Origin: Octopus vulgaris
Lineage: Eukaryota
NCBI GenBank assembly: GCA_951406725.2
Contig: OX597817.1
Coordinates: 87,792,001-87,856,000 of the forward strand
DNA: 64,000 nucleotides
Reading direction: 5' to 3'
The translations under genes and the position numbers were made by a program. Below are positions 51,396-62,882 of the stretch, in pieces (within the stretch, counting starts at the first letter, position 1; each line of letters starts with the position of its first letter). The notes beneath the pieces are model-generated. The model was not told the origin of the DNA. It saw nothing but the letters and a program-made list of their open reading frames with translations, and ran no database searches.

Positions 51396-52317
51396 GTATC
51401 AGTTCCTGTAAATATCTGAATTTACGAAACCATCCAATTATTGCCAGAAAACAAAAATAGATTGAAAAATATTTTCAAAAAATCAACTCTGTTTTTCTAA
51501 TCATTCATTAAATGACAACCTTGGCCTAACATACCACTTGAGTGGTTATCACTTGTTAACAAAATTCCTGATGTTGCAAACATTCAAACCAGATCTCCTG
51601 GTTCTCTTCACATCCTTATTTTTCTTGTAGGACCTCTGGGTGGATGCTGGCTATAGCACTCTCACCAGTCTGAGTAAGTTATGGGCATTGCATAACCTTC
51701 TCTGATTAAAATACAACGTGGGAAATTGCTTTTATTTTGCATTTCCTCTTTGTCTTTTATCTTTTGTCTTTTACTTGTCTCACTCATTGGCATACAACCA
51801 TACTGGGCCACTGCCTTGAAGTGTTAAGTTGCACAAACCAACCCCAGCACATATTTTTAAACCTGGTACTTACTCTGTCAGTCTCTCTAGCCAATCCACT
51901 CAATTATGGGGGCATAAATAATCCGCACCAATTGTCAAGTTATGGTAGGAAACAAACTAACACACACACATATACAAGGGGGTCTTTTTCTGTTTCTGTC
52001 TACCAAGTCCTCACACTACACTTGGGTTAGCCTTGTGAATTGATTTGGTAGACTCAGACTGGTGAGAGTACTGTAGCCTGCATCCAACCAGAAGACCTAC
52101 AAGAAAAGTGTGGATGCAAAGAGAACCAGAAAATCTGGTCTGAATGTTTGCAACATCAGGAATTCTGGTGAAAAGTGATAACCAGTGAAGTGGTATATGA
52201 GGCCAAGGTTGTCAATTAACAAACCCAAGACCACATGGTTGGGAAGAAAGCTCCTTAACAACTCAGTTATGCCTGTTCCTTTTTTACTCATATTTTAATT
52301 CTTTCTTTGTTTTGTAG

Positions 52318-52459
52318 ATTTCTCACTGAAGTCTTAGAAAGTAGCCTCAAGTTAATTTGTTGCAGCAAGACCAGCAATGCCAGTAGCCAAACATCATTAG
52401 AAGCTTTGCATTTATTTGCTTTGTTTGACTATAAAGCAACATGGTTTTCAAAGTGGATG
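52318..52459 (+). CDS. TBC1D32: TBC1D32/BROMI internal coding exon E (phase 2/0)
   Basis: ctttgttttgtAG|A...TGGATG|GTAAGT; 142 nt; FLTEVLESSLKLICCSKTSNASSQTSLEALHLFALFDYKATWFSKWM, matching recalled YMEEIVESTLSLL...YFFALVDTKAVWFKKWM. Confidence 0.93.
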
Positions 52460-52713
52460 GTAAGTTAGTCACTGTATTTTACTATTTGTTTTTCTTGCAG
52501 CAGATGTCACTGGGTATTTTAACTCCAATTATACTCTTACATTATCTTGCTACTCAGTGTTCTATATTATCCTATATTATCTCCAGTCATTCTAAGATCT
52601 ACAGTAACAGTTTATATTTCACTGATGGAGTTTGATATAACTGCAATATGTTTGGAGATGTCATTTATTCCCTACACTTATAATCACTCTCCACTAATCC
52701 GGGTTTTTAATTA

Positions 52714-53914
52714 TTGGGTCATCCCATAAATAACGCAGTTTTTTTATACTTCTTTTATTTTTCAAAATTAAGATAACAAAGTTCTTTTTTAATCTAAAAT
52801 GTACTCTCTTTCATTTTCTACAATGCTCTTCCATCCGTCTGGTAGACTTCCAAAATTTATTTGTCCATGATGAAAAATACTCCTCCAGTACTGTTCTGAC
52901 CTTGTCTACAGAATTCATATTTTTTCCGTCCAAATGATTTTGAAGACTGCGAAATAAATCAGCTGCTCCAGCCTTTGAAATGTTATCCTCACTGTATATG
53001 GCCTAGCATTATCCTGATGGAAGAACACCTTTTGTCTTGAAACCAAAGATGGTTGCTTTTCTTCTAGTGTTGACTCACTATTCTAGCACTGACTCACCAC
53101 TCAAGTTCCGCACCATAGATCTCCTTTGTTATTGTTTGGGTTGGATTTAAAAATTCAAAGTGGACTAAGCCTTTCATTTCCCACCAAACAGATAACAACA
53201 CCTTATGTGGATGTTGTTATCTTTAGCCTGGGGTGCCACTGTTTCTTCTTTCCCTACCCACTGTCTTTGGTACTTGACATTCTTACAGAGAACGCATTTC
53301 TCATCACCAGCCACTATTCAGTCCAAGAAAGGATCATTTGTGAGATGTGACAGCAACGAAGAGCACACATTCACTCTCTGTGCGTGATTAGATTCAGAAA
53401 GTTTGTGAAGAACTGATTGACCAAATTTGCTGACTTTTCTGATGGCATGCAGGTGTCGATGAATGGTTCAATGACCAAAGTCAAGCTTCTCTGCTAGTTC
53501 CACCTGGATTTGCAGGACATTCTTGTCAAGCTCTACAGATCTTCCATGACATGGCTCTTCTAGGCTGTAGTTACTGGCTCAGAATTTCTAGAATCACCAT
53601 TGACACTGGCTTACGCTTATTGTCCAATCTCCTTATACTGCATTAATATTCCTTGCACTTTCCATTGCAATGTTGCCTTTATTGAACTCATAAAGCAAAA
53701 TATGCTGAATATGCTCCTTTGTCACTTCCATTATAGCTTTGAAAAAATAATTGTTAAAAGTGAACTGCACTTGTCAAAACTTGCACTAAAAATAAGTACA
53801 AGGTAAAATTACTACCTGCTTTTATAGCAAGTTGATGCAGGTAGTTTATCCTGTCCTCCTTCTACTTTTAGTTCATGCAATTGAAAAAACTGCATTATTT
53901 ATGGGATGACCCAA
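52714..53914 (-). mobile_element. Mariner element with intact TIRs and decayed transposase
   Basis: TA|TTGGGTCATCCCATAAATAACGCAGTTTTTT ... AAAAAACTGCATTATTTATGGGATGACCCAA|TA; about 1.2 kb; minus-strand remnants LVAGDEK, FFHQDNARP, YLFRSLQNHLDG. Confidence 0.9.
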
Positions 53915-53975
53915 TACTTATAATTTCAGTTCTAGGGTTGTCTCCCTTGTATTTCTTCACCAGAATTAATTTTTA

Positions 53976-54020
53976 TATTAGTATTAGTATTGTCCCTTTG
54001 ATCCTCGGTCGACAGTTTGC

Positions 54021-54078
<58 letters not shown>

Positions 54079-54397
54079 TACTATTTTCAGCTTCGCCTCG
54101 TATTGCATATTATTTCTCCATACAGGGGTTTTTTTCAATGGCGGCCCATTTTCGCGGGTTCCACTATTTCCCTTCTCTCTCTCCCTCTTTTACGTTGTCT
54201 GCCATCCCCCTCTTCCTTTGCTAAGAGCATTTTTAAGCCAGCCCGTCATATTCCCGTGTCAGGCCGAAGAACGAAATGTTCCCAAGATAAGAGAGTCTTT
54301 CTAATCTAATGTTGTGGTTGAGCTGTTTATTATTTATTATTATTACTATTATTATTAGTATTAGTATTGTCCCTTTGATCCTCGGTCGACAGTTTGC

Positions 54398-54449
<52 letters not shown>

Positions 54450-54769
54450 TACTATTTTCAGCTTCGCCTCGTATTGCATATTATTTCTCCATACAGGGGT
54501 TTTTTTCAATGGCGGCCCATTTTCGCGGGGTTCCACTATTTCCCTTCTCTCTCTCCCTCTTTTACGTTGTCTGCCATCCCCCTCTTCCTTTGCTAAGAGC
54601 ATTTTTAAGCCAGTCCGTCATATTCCCGTGTCAGGCCGAAGAACGAAATGTTCCCAAGATAAGAGAGTCTTTCTAATCTAATGTTGTGGTTGAGCTGTTT
54701 ATTATTTATTATTATTACTATTATTATTAGTATTAGTATTGTCCCTTTGATCCTCGGTCGACAGTTTGC

Positions 54770-54815
<46 letters not shown>

Positions 54816-55135
54816 TACTATTTTCAGCTTCGCCTCGTATTGCATATTATTTCTCCATACAGGGGTTTTTTTCAATGGCGGCCCATTTTCGCAGGGTTCC
54901 ACTATTTCCCTTCTCTCTCTCCCTCTTTTACGTTGTCTGCCATCCCCCTCTTCCTTTGCTAAGAGCATTTTTAAGCCAGCCCGTCATATTCCCGTGTCAG
55001 GCCGAAGAACGAAATGTTCCCAAGATAAGAGAGTCTTTCTAATCTAATGTTGTGGTTGAGCTGTTTATTATTTATTATTATTACTATTATTATTAGTATT
55101 AGTATTGTCCCTTTGATCCTCGGTCGACAGTTTGC

Positions 55136-55184
<49 letters not shown>

Positions 55185-55361
55185 TACTATTTTCAGCTTC
55201 GCCTCGTATTGCATATTATTTCTCCATACAGGGTTTTTTTCAATGGCGGCCCATTTTCGCGCGGTTCCACTATTTCCCTTCTCTCTCTCCCTCTTTTACG
55301 TTGTCTGCCATCCCCCCTCTTCCTTTGCTAAGAGCATTTTTAAGCCAGCCCGTCATATTCC
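53976..55361. repeat. Near-identical tandem array, about 366-377-bp unit, about 3.75 copies, each with an internal (TTA)n
   Basis: Units start at about 53976, 54353, 54725, 55091 (tattagtattagtattgtccctttgatcctcggtcgacag...); differences are mainly (TTA)n length and a few bases. Confidence 0.97.
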
Positions 55362-55614
55362 CGGTGCACCCGCCCTTGCCCACCCCCACCACCAATACCG
55401 GATATCTCTATATTTTTGCTCCATCTATACCGGATGTCGCTTCTCCCACCACCATTATAGGTGTCTACTCTTCGAACCCCCTCTTCAATACGCTATTTCA
55501 CCATGCATTACCCCTCTCTTGATATCCTACGTTCTACTTGCCTAGAACCTGTCATCATTTCTCTGAACCACCCCTCCCCACTGGTGCTCCCCTATATTTC
55601 TGCACCCCCCCACC

Positions 55615-55860
55615 CACAAAAAGCACCATCCGAACGTGGCCGATGCCAGACCCCTCTGGCACCTGTGCAGGTGGCACGTAAAAAACACCCACTACACTCG
55701 CGGAGTGGTTGGCGTTAGGAAGGGCATCCAGCTGTAGAAACACTGCCAGACTAGACTGGAGCCTGGGGCAGTCCCTAGCTCCCCAGACCCCGGTCGAAAC
55801 CGTCCAACCCGTGCTAGCGCGGAAAACGGACGTTAAACGATGATGATGATGATGATGATG
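55615..55860 (+). mobile_element. Young family-3 RTE-related element end with (GAT)n tail
   Basis: CpG-retaining ggagtggttggcgttaggaagggcatccagctgtagaaac...ggacgttaaacgatgatgatg. Confidence 0.85.
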
Positions 55861-56014
55861 AAGTTGCTCTTCTCATTACAGATCTAATTTGAATTAAAAT
55901 TTCTTGGATTATTCCATTACTTATGTTAGTGCCCACTTCACAATCTGGTATAAGTCCTCTTTTGATGGCTCTTTATGGTCTTATTGTCAACAAACAAAAA
56001 CCAAATACCCTGAC

Positions 56015-56400
56015 ATTCTTCCCAACCACATTGTCCCAGGTTCAGTCCCACTGCATAGCACCTTGGGCAAATGTCTTCTACTATAGCTTCAGGCCAACCA
56101 AAGCCTTGTAAGTGGATTTGGTATATGGAAACTGAAAAAAGCCCATCGTTTATATGTATGTGTATGTCTGTCTGTCTTTGTGTCTATGTTTGTCCCCCAC
56201 CACCACCACTTGACAAAAGGTGTTAATGTGCTTACATCCTCATAACTTAGCAATTTGGCAAAAGAGACTGATAGGATACGTACCAAGCTTTACAAAAAAT
56301 AATAAGTACTGTAGGTAATTTGTTTTACAAAAATTCTTCAAAGCAGTGCTCCAGCATAGCTACAGTTTAATGACTGACACAAGTAAAAGATAAAAGAGAA
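56015..56400 (+). mobile_element. SINE family 1 copy just upstream of exon F
   Basis: Family-1 head, core and tail motifs. Confidence 0.8.
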
Positions 56401-56572
56401 AAGACGGTGTAGAGTGATACAGAGGTCTTTACTAGTTAAAGCAATCCTATTCTTGTGAGTCTATTTCTAGCAGCTTGATGATTTCAACAATGAAATAATT
56501 CATAATTTTGATTTTATTCTGTATGAAAAGCAAATGAAATTCATGTATTGCTTTTCTTGTTTTACTTTTCAG

Positions 56573-56629
56573 CATGGTGTTTGCAGCCGGGCTCCTTTGC
56601 TGAAACTCTTAGAAACTTACCAATACTTG
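56573..56629 (+). CDS. TBC1D32: TBC1D32/BROMI internal coding exon F (phase 0/0)
   Basis: ttttacttttcAG|CAT...TACTTG|GTAAAT; 57 nt; HGVCSRAPLLKLLETYQYL, matching recalled [20 protein letters not shown]; next exon not found in window. Confidence 0.9.
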
Positions 56630-57100
56630 GTAAATATTTTTATTTTTTATTTTTTGTAAACAATATTTGATACTTGTTTGTAATCATTTGATGGGGATTA
56701 TGTTGGTAACAATTGTAGTACAAGATACATAACATGATATAATCTTAAACTAGATTAGTGGATTAGGTTTATAACAACTGTAGTACTGGATTAGTGGATA
56801 AGGTTTACATCAAATGTACTATTAAATATATAACATGATGTAATAATGAAATCCAGAAGTGGATTAATTTTATAGCAAATGTAGTACTGGATACATAACA
56901 TAAAGTGATCGTAAGCTAGATTAGTGAATAAGGTATAAGTTCTGATGGATATATTTTGGCTGGTTTCTGAGTGAAACCTTTTATTCTGTATTTTATTCTA
57001 TATTTCCTAGCTGTCAGAAATAGAAACCACATCATATAAGAATGTTACTTGTAATAAACTGACATCTTATCAAACAAGGGTGGAGTTATTTCTTCTCCAC

Positions 57101-57322
57101 TTAACCCATTAGTTACTGCATTTATTTTGAGATGCTCTGTGTTTCTTTCAATTACTTTCAATATAACAAAGAATTTAGTAAAATAACTTAGTTATCATTC
57201 AGCTAGTGTTAGGAACATAAATTGTGACTCAGGTTTGGTGGAAGATTTTAATTCAAAATTTATGAAAATAAGACATTTGTACGCAGAACCAGTTTCAGCC
57301 GGGTTGGTAATGAACAGGTTAA
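57101..57322. mobile_element. TTAA-flanked (piggyBac-like) MITE
   Basis: TTAACCCATTAGTTAC ... GTAATGAACAGGTTAA. Confidence 0.7.
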
Positions 57323-57735
57323 TGTCAAAACTGAAGCCAAGCTCTGACACTAAGATACCAACAGGGCTTAGATAGCATTTACCTCTTTTGACAATATACA
57401 AATTTTCAGTACTATGTCAACAACAATGTTAACGACAATGGTGAACTGAGCTATAAAAACTTTGTTTTTAAAAAAAAATGCAAACCAGTTGTTAACTGAA
57501 TGCTGGATGCTAAAGAGAAGGACTTACTTGGGAAAACTATGATGTCAAATGCTCCACCCTCATTCACAGTCGATTTGTCACTTTAAGGTTTTGAAGTGAA
57601 TGTTAACATGATTTTATATATCTGTGTGTATAGTGATACTTGTACACAAAGACAACGCACTCTTATATATGTATATATATAGGTATGTTGATGCAAATAG
57701 GAAAAAAGACTCAAAATATTAGTTTATGTATATTC

Positions 57736-57810
57736 TTATTAATATTTAGCAGATGTAACAGAGTGACTTGGACCTTGACTCACTCTGTTACTTCTGCTAA
57801 ATATTAATAA
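57736..57810. repeat. 31-bp-arm inverted repeat, 13-nt loop, one mismatch
   Basis: TTATTAATATTTAGCAGATGTAACAGAGTGA / TCACTCTGTTACTTCTGCTAAATATTAATAA. Confidence 0.95.
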
Positions 57811-60716
57811 CTATATATATATATATATATAGAAGGACACAGGAAAAATGTGTCAAAGCCATCAGGAGGCGTCGATGCTTCCTAGGGCTAAACAGCGGTG
57901 TGTACCCCCCCTACTGTCATGTTCGTGTTAGATTGACAGTATACAACCATTCTATCGCCCCACCACCATACATGTCTCTACGAGAGATTTAGAAATTTAG
58001 TATTTCTGACTATATATATATATATATATATATATAGGTGCAGGTGTGGCTGTGCAGTAAGAAACTTGCTTCCCAACTACATGGTTCCAGGTCTAGTTCC
58101 ACTGTGTGGCACCTTGGCCAAGTGTCTTCTACTATAGTCTCGGGCTGGCGAAAGCCTTGCAAGTGGATTTGGTAGATGGAAACTGAAATATATATAGATA
58201 TGGAAGGCAGACGTTAAGCAATGATGATGATACATAGCCTACAAATATCCCAAGCATCAAACTAATACACTTGCTTGTTGTTTGTACACCTGTTTTCATC
58301 TTTTGTTTTTCTATAAATTTCAACTACATATCATCATCATCGTTTAACGTCTGTTTTCCATGCTGGCATGGGTTGGATGGGGTCTGGGAAGCCAGGAGAC
58401 TGCACCAGGCTCCAGTTTGATCTGGCAGTGTTTCTATAGCTGAATGCCCTTCCTAATGCCAACCACTCCGAGAATGTAGTGGGTGCTTTTACGTGCCACT
58501 GGCACAGGGGCCAGATGAGGCTGGCAACGACCACAATCAATTGGTGCTTTTTACATGCCACCGGCACGGAAGCCAGTCAAGGTGGCACTGGCATTGGCCA
58601 CATTCAGAAGGTGTCTTTTATGTGCCACCGGCATGGGGATCGCAACTATAATTTCCATTTGATTCTGGTTATATATATATATAAACGGAGAGAGAGAGAG
58701 AACAAAGTTATTTTGTTCTACATGAGTAGAAATAATGAAGAAAGAAGTTGAAAATGCACTGGGATTTTTATCTCAACTTTTGAAAATGCCCTCAATGCAG
58801 AGAATGTAGGGCCTCGAACAAAAAAATAGGAAATGAGCAAAACACAGCCTTAGGGCCAAGAAGACAAGAATGGTGAGTAACACTTAGAAGAAATCCTAAA
58901 GGATATAGAAAACATCAAATAGCAGGACACAGAGAAATTATAAGACTAGTGAGCTATGCAACCAGTTTGAAAAAGGGAGAGAATGAAAGGAAGCTGACCA
59001 CAGGTCATGTGTCAGCAGCAGGTAGAGGAGAGAGAGGGAGAGAGAGTGCTGTGCTAGTAATAGTCTTTCCAGTTATGTTTCCACCCCACCCCACCTACTG
59101 CCACTTTACCTAAACCCCTATATCTATTTCTTTACTACCCACAAGGGGCTACACACAGAGGGGACAAACAAGGACAGACACATGGATTACGTCGATTATA
59201 TCAACCCCAGTGCATAACTGGTACTTATTTAATCGATCCCGAAAGGATGAAATGCAAAGTTGACCTCGGCAGAATTTGCACTCAGAATGTAACGGCAGAC
59301 GAAACCCCTATATCATCTTTAATCTGTCAACATAACTGTACTGTGGTTGATTGATGTATTGGGTCTATCTATTTTTATGTCCTCCTCCCTTTCTGTTCAT
59401 TTAACCTTTCATCTTAACTCTAACTCCTTTTATGGTTGTTTTGAGAGATGTATAAATGAAATTCTGTCCAAATTTCTGCCTCTTCTCCTTTGTTTTCCTT
59501 GTCTCATTGACCTTTCACCTTCTCTCAACAATCCTTTACCTTGTCCATCCCTCTCCCTATAATCTGTCTGCCCAACAGCAAATTTTCCCCTCATTTCTTC
59601 ACTCTCAGGTGAAACACCAGCCCATTCTTATTCGAGTTATACATATTTTCAGATTGAATCTTGAATACCTAAATACCTATTTCTAATACAACATCTTAAT
59701 ATTTTTATCCAGAATACCACTGTTCCTGTGTTAAAAATGAATTTGTGAGTTTGATCTTTGCTAAAGGATATGTGCATGTATTCTGAGTAGAGAATACATA
59801 GATCACAGGCTTGCCTGTATGGTAAGATGTTAGCTTCTCAACCACATGGTTCTGGGTTCAGTACCACTGCATGTGAACCAAATGTCTTCTGTTATAGCCT
59901 CCAGCTGACCGAACTCTTGTAAGTGGATTTGGCAGACAGAAACTGAAAGAAATCCACACCATCAACTACTACAGTCACCTCTATCCTATCTAAACATTTC
60001 TCCTTGTATTCTTGTGAAATTTCTCTTTTGCCCACTCCCCTCCATTCATCCAGTCCAATCCGCTATATCACTTCATCTACATTCACCCACCCACCGCTGT
60101 GCCTTGAAGGTATGTTCTGACACATACCCACTACCATCTCTCTCACTCTCTCCATCTTTGTCTTTCACTCAAAGTCTCTCTTTCTTTCCTTCCTTCACTA
60201 ACTGGGATATCCTTGTATCTTTTCTGCAGCAAGACACCTAACTCTACCCTTCTTGTTATTTTTTTCTAACTTCTTGTCAGCTGGTACAAAGCCACCTCCC
60301 TCAATACTGCTCTCCCCCAGTCGAAGGGACTTTGTCTTATTTCGCAAGTTACTTGGTGACCCCACTAGTGCTGGTGTCACATAAAACGCACCCAGTCCAC
60401 TCTGTAAAGTGGTTGGCATTAGGGAGAGTATCCAGCCATTGAAACCATGATAAAACAGACAATAGAATTTGGTACAGTCCTTTGTCTTGCCAGCACTTGT
60501 CAAATCATCCAACCCATGCCAGCATGGAAAACAGACATTCAAGGATGATGATTATATACATATGTCTTTTGTTGACAACTTTTTCCGCCTTGTAAGGATA
60601 ATATTATTCAGTTTTTCGACTGTTTTAATGGTAATACTGCATTTTGAAAATATCATACGATATATATTCAACACTTCTAAAAAAACAAATGTAGTTTGTT
60701 TATATACACACATAGT

Positions 60717-60779
<63 letters not shown>

Positions 60780-60834
60780 TCAAATGAAATAAAAAACAGA
60801 ACACAAAGGATGTCGTGGTACACGTGTTTTATAT

Positions 60835-61064
60835 ACTCTTTTACTCTCTTTTACTCTTTTACTTGTTTTAGTCATGTGACTGTGGCCATGCTGGAGCACC
60901 GCCTTTAGTCGATCAAATCGACCCCAGGACTTATTCTTTGTAAGCCTAGTACTTATTTTATCGGTCTCTTTTTTTTTGCCGAACCGCTAAGTTACGGGGA
61001 CGTAAACACACCAGCATCAGTTGTCAAGTGATGTTGGGGGGACAAACACAGACACACAAACACG

Positions 61065-61102
<38 letters not shown>

Positions 61103-61267
61103 TACGACGGGCTTCTTTCAGTTTCCTTCTACCAAATCCACTCACACAGCTTTGGTCGGCCCGAGGCTATAGTAGAAGACACTTACCCAAGGTGCCACGC
61201 AGTGGGACTGAACCCGGAACCATGTGGTTGGTAAGCAAGCTACTTACCACACAGCTACTCCTACGCC

Positions 61268-61270
<3 letters not shown>
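60835..61270 (-). mobile_element. Near full-length young SINE family 1 copy
   Basis: CpGs retained; head ggcgtaggagtagctgtgtggtaag, box B ggttcagtccc, tail gtaaaagagtaaaagag; head end abuts (TA)n. Confidence 0.9.
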
Positions 61271-61346
<76 letters not shown>

Positions 61347-61424
61347 AATAAGATAAAGTCAACAAGAAGGAGTACAGTTAGACAGTTATTCAATAATCAC
61401 TACATGTTTCCATACAACATAGAT

Positions 61425-61454
<30 letters not shown>

Positions 61455-61472
<18 letters not shown>

Positions 61473-61590
61473 CCATAATGAAATAAAAAAAACCAAGGCT
61501 GTGTAGATTTTAGAACCTTCTATTTATAAATGTTCTAAAATCTACACAAGCTTTGTTTTTTTATCTCATTATGAAAAAAAAATTTATATA
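61455..61590. repeat. About 55-bp-arm inverted repeat between TA-rich flanks
   Basis: cataatgaaataaaaaaaaccaaggctgtgtagattttagaac pairs with the downstream arm gttctaaaatctacacaagctttg..ttatctcattatg. Confidence 0.9.
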
Positions 61591-62662
61591 CACACACTGA
61601 TATATGACCTAAGTTGGACCCCTGATTCGCATAATCACCGGATCTGGAACTTAACTATGGTCTGTTCATAGCACTTATTCAGCATTACCTGACACCTTTG
61701 GGTCTCACTGACACTATTACCTCTCATAACCTATATATATATATATATATAATATGTGTATGTTTGTGTTTGTCCCCTACCACTACTTCACAGCTGATTT
61801 TGTTTGCACTCTTGTAACTTAGCAGTTCAACAAAAGGACTGATAAAATAAGTACCAGGCATAAAAATATATAAGTACTGGGGGCGATTTGTTCAACTAAA
61901 CCTTTCTAGTCAGTGTTCCAGCATGGCCACAATCTAGTGAGTGAAACAGGTGAAAGATGAAAGATAAAATGCCTTTATTAATATATGCTAATTTATTTAA
62001 TTTTAATTATGGTTTCTACACCCTCATTTTTTTCAAAAAAAAATTAGGTTGAAAATTCAGTTAGATATGTGTTAAACTTTATTGAAACCAAGCAAAACCA
62101 GAAGACATTAACTCAGTGCCATCGTCACACATTTCTGTCAGGTTAGTGTATTTATGGTCATATAATTTGTGCTAATATATTTATGTTACTGTAATATAGT
62201 TTGTATTAATATGTAATTTGGGTAAATATATTTGTGTTAATTTTTGTAAATATATTTTGTTGATATATTTGTGTTAATATAATGATAAATTTTGTCAAAA
62301 ATCACTTATTATAAACAAATACTCCATCTTGAAGGAATTAATATCCTTATTACAAGAGAGGCTAAAATCACCTTTAATGAACAGACACAAATGTACACTG
62401 AAATATGAAACAACTAAAAGGAAAATAAAATATTCCTCATTCTTTTCTTAGTCCATAGTTCTTGTCAGCCTTATCTTCATCTCCCAGAGTGACACTTACA
62501 TATTGCTTAATTTCACTACCTAAATATACACAGTTTACTGCTTTTATAGCAATTGTACTGTTTCTGCTTATTTCCAGCATTCTAGTCTATTCATGGAACT
62601 TGCAGATAAAATACAGACATCTCCAACATTATGGAAGAGTTGCATTTTTGAAAATCTTGCCT

Positions 62663-62882
62663 TTAACCCTTTAGCATTCAGATTATTCTGTCAAATGCAA
62701 TACCCATTCGTTCATACTGATTTGAACTAATCTTGCATTGTCTCATAGCTTTGGGATTTCAGTGATGTGATTATTTATGTTTAGAATGACATTGTTTGAG
62801 AGGCTAGATCTGACCAGTTTGAACATAAAACAAATAGAAAATTTGGGGCTAGATATGGCCAGTTTAAATGCTAAAGTGTCAA
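62663..62882. mobile_element. TTAA-flanked MITE (family of 30916-31604)
   Basis: TTAACCCTTTAGCATT ... AATGCTAAAGTGTCAA. Confidence 0.75.

Noticed and set aside
53875-55545. Repeated ORFs with poly-Tyr/poly-Ile
   Set aside because: Products of (TTA)n inside the tandem array; frames shift between units
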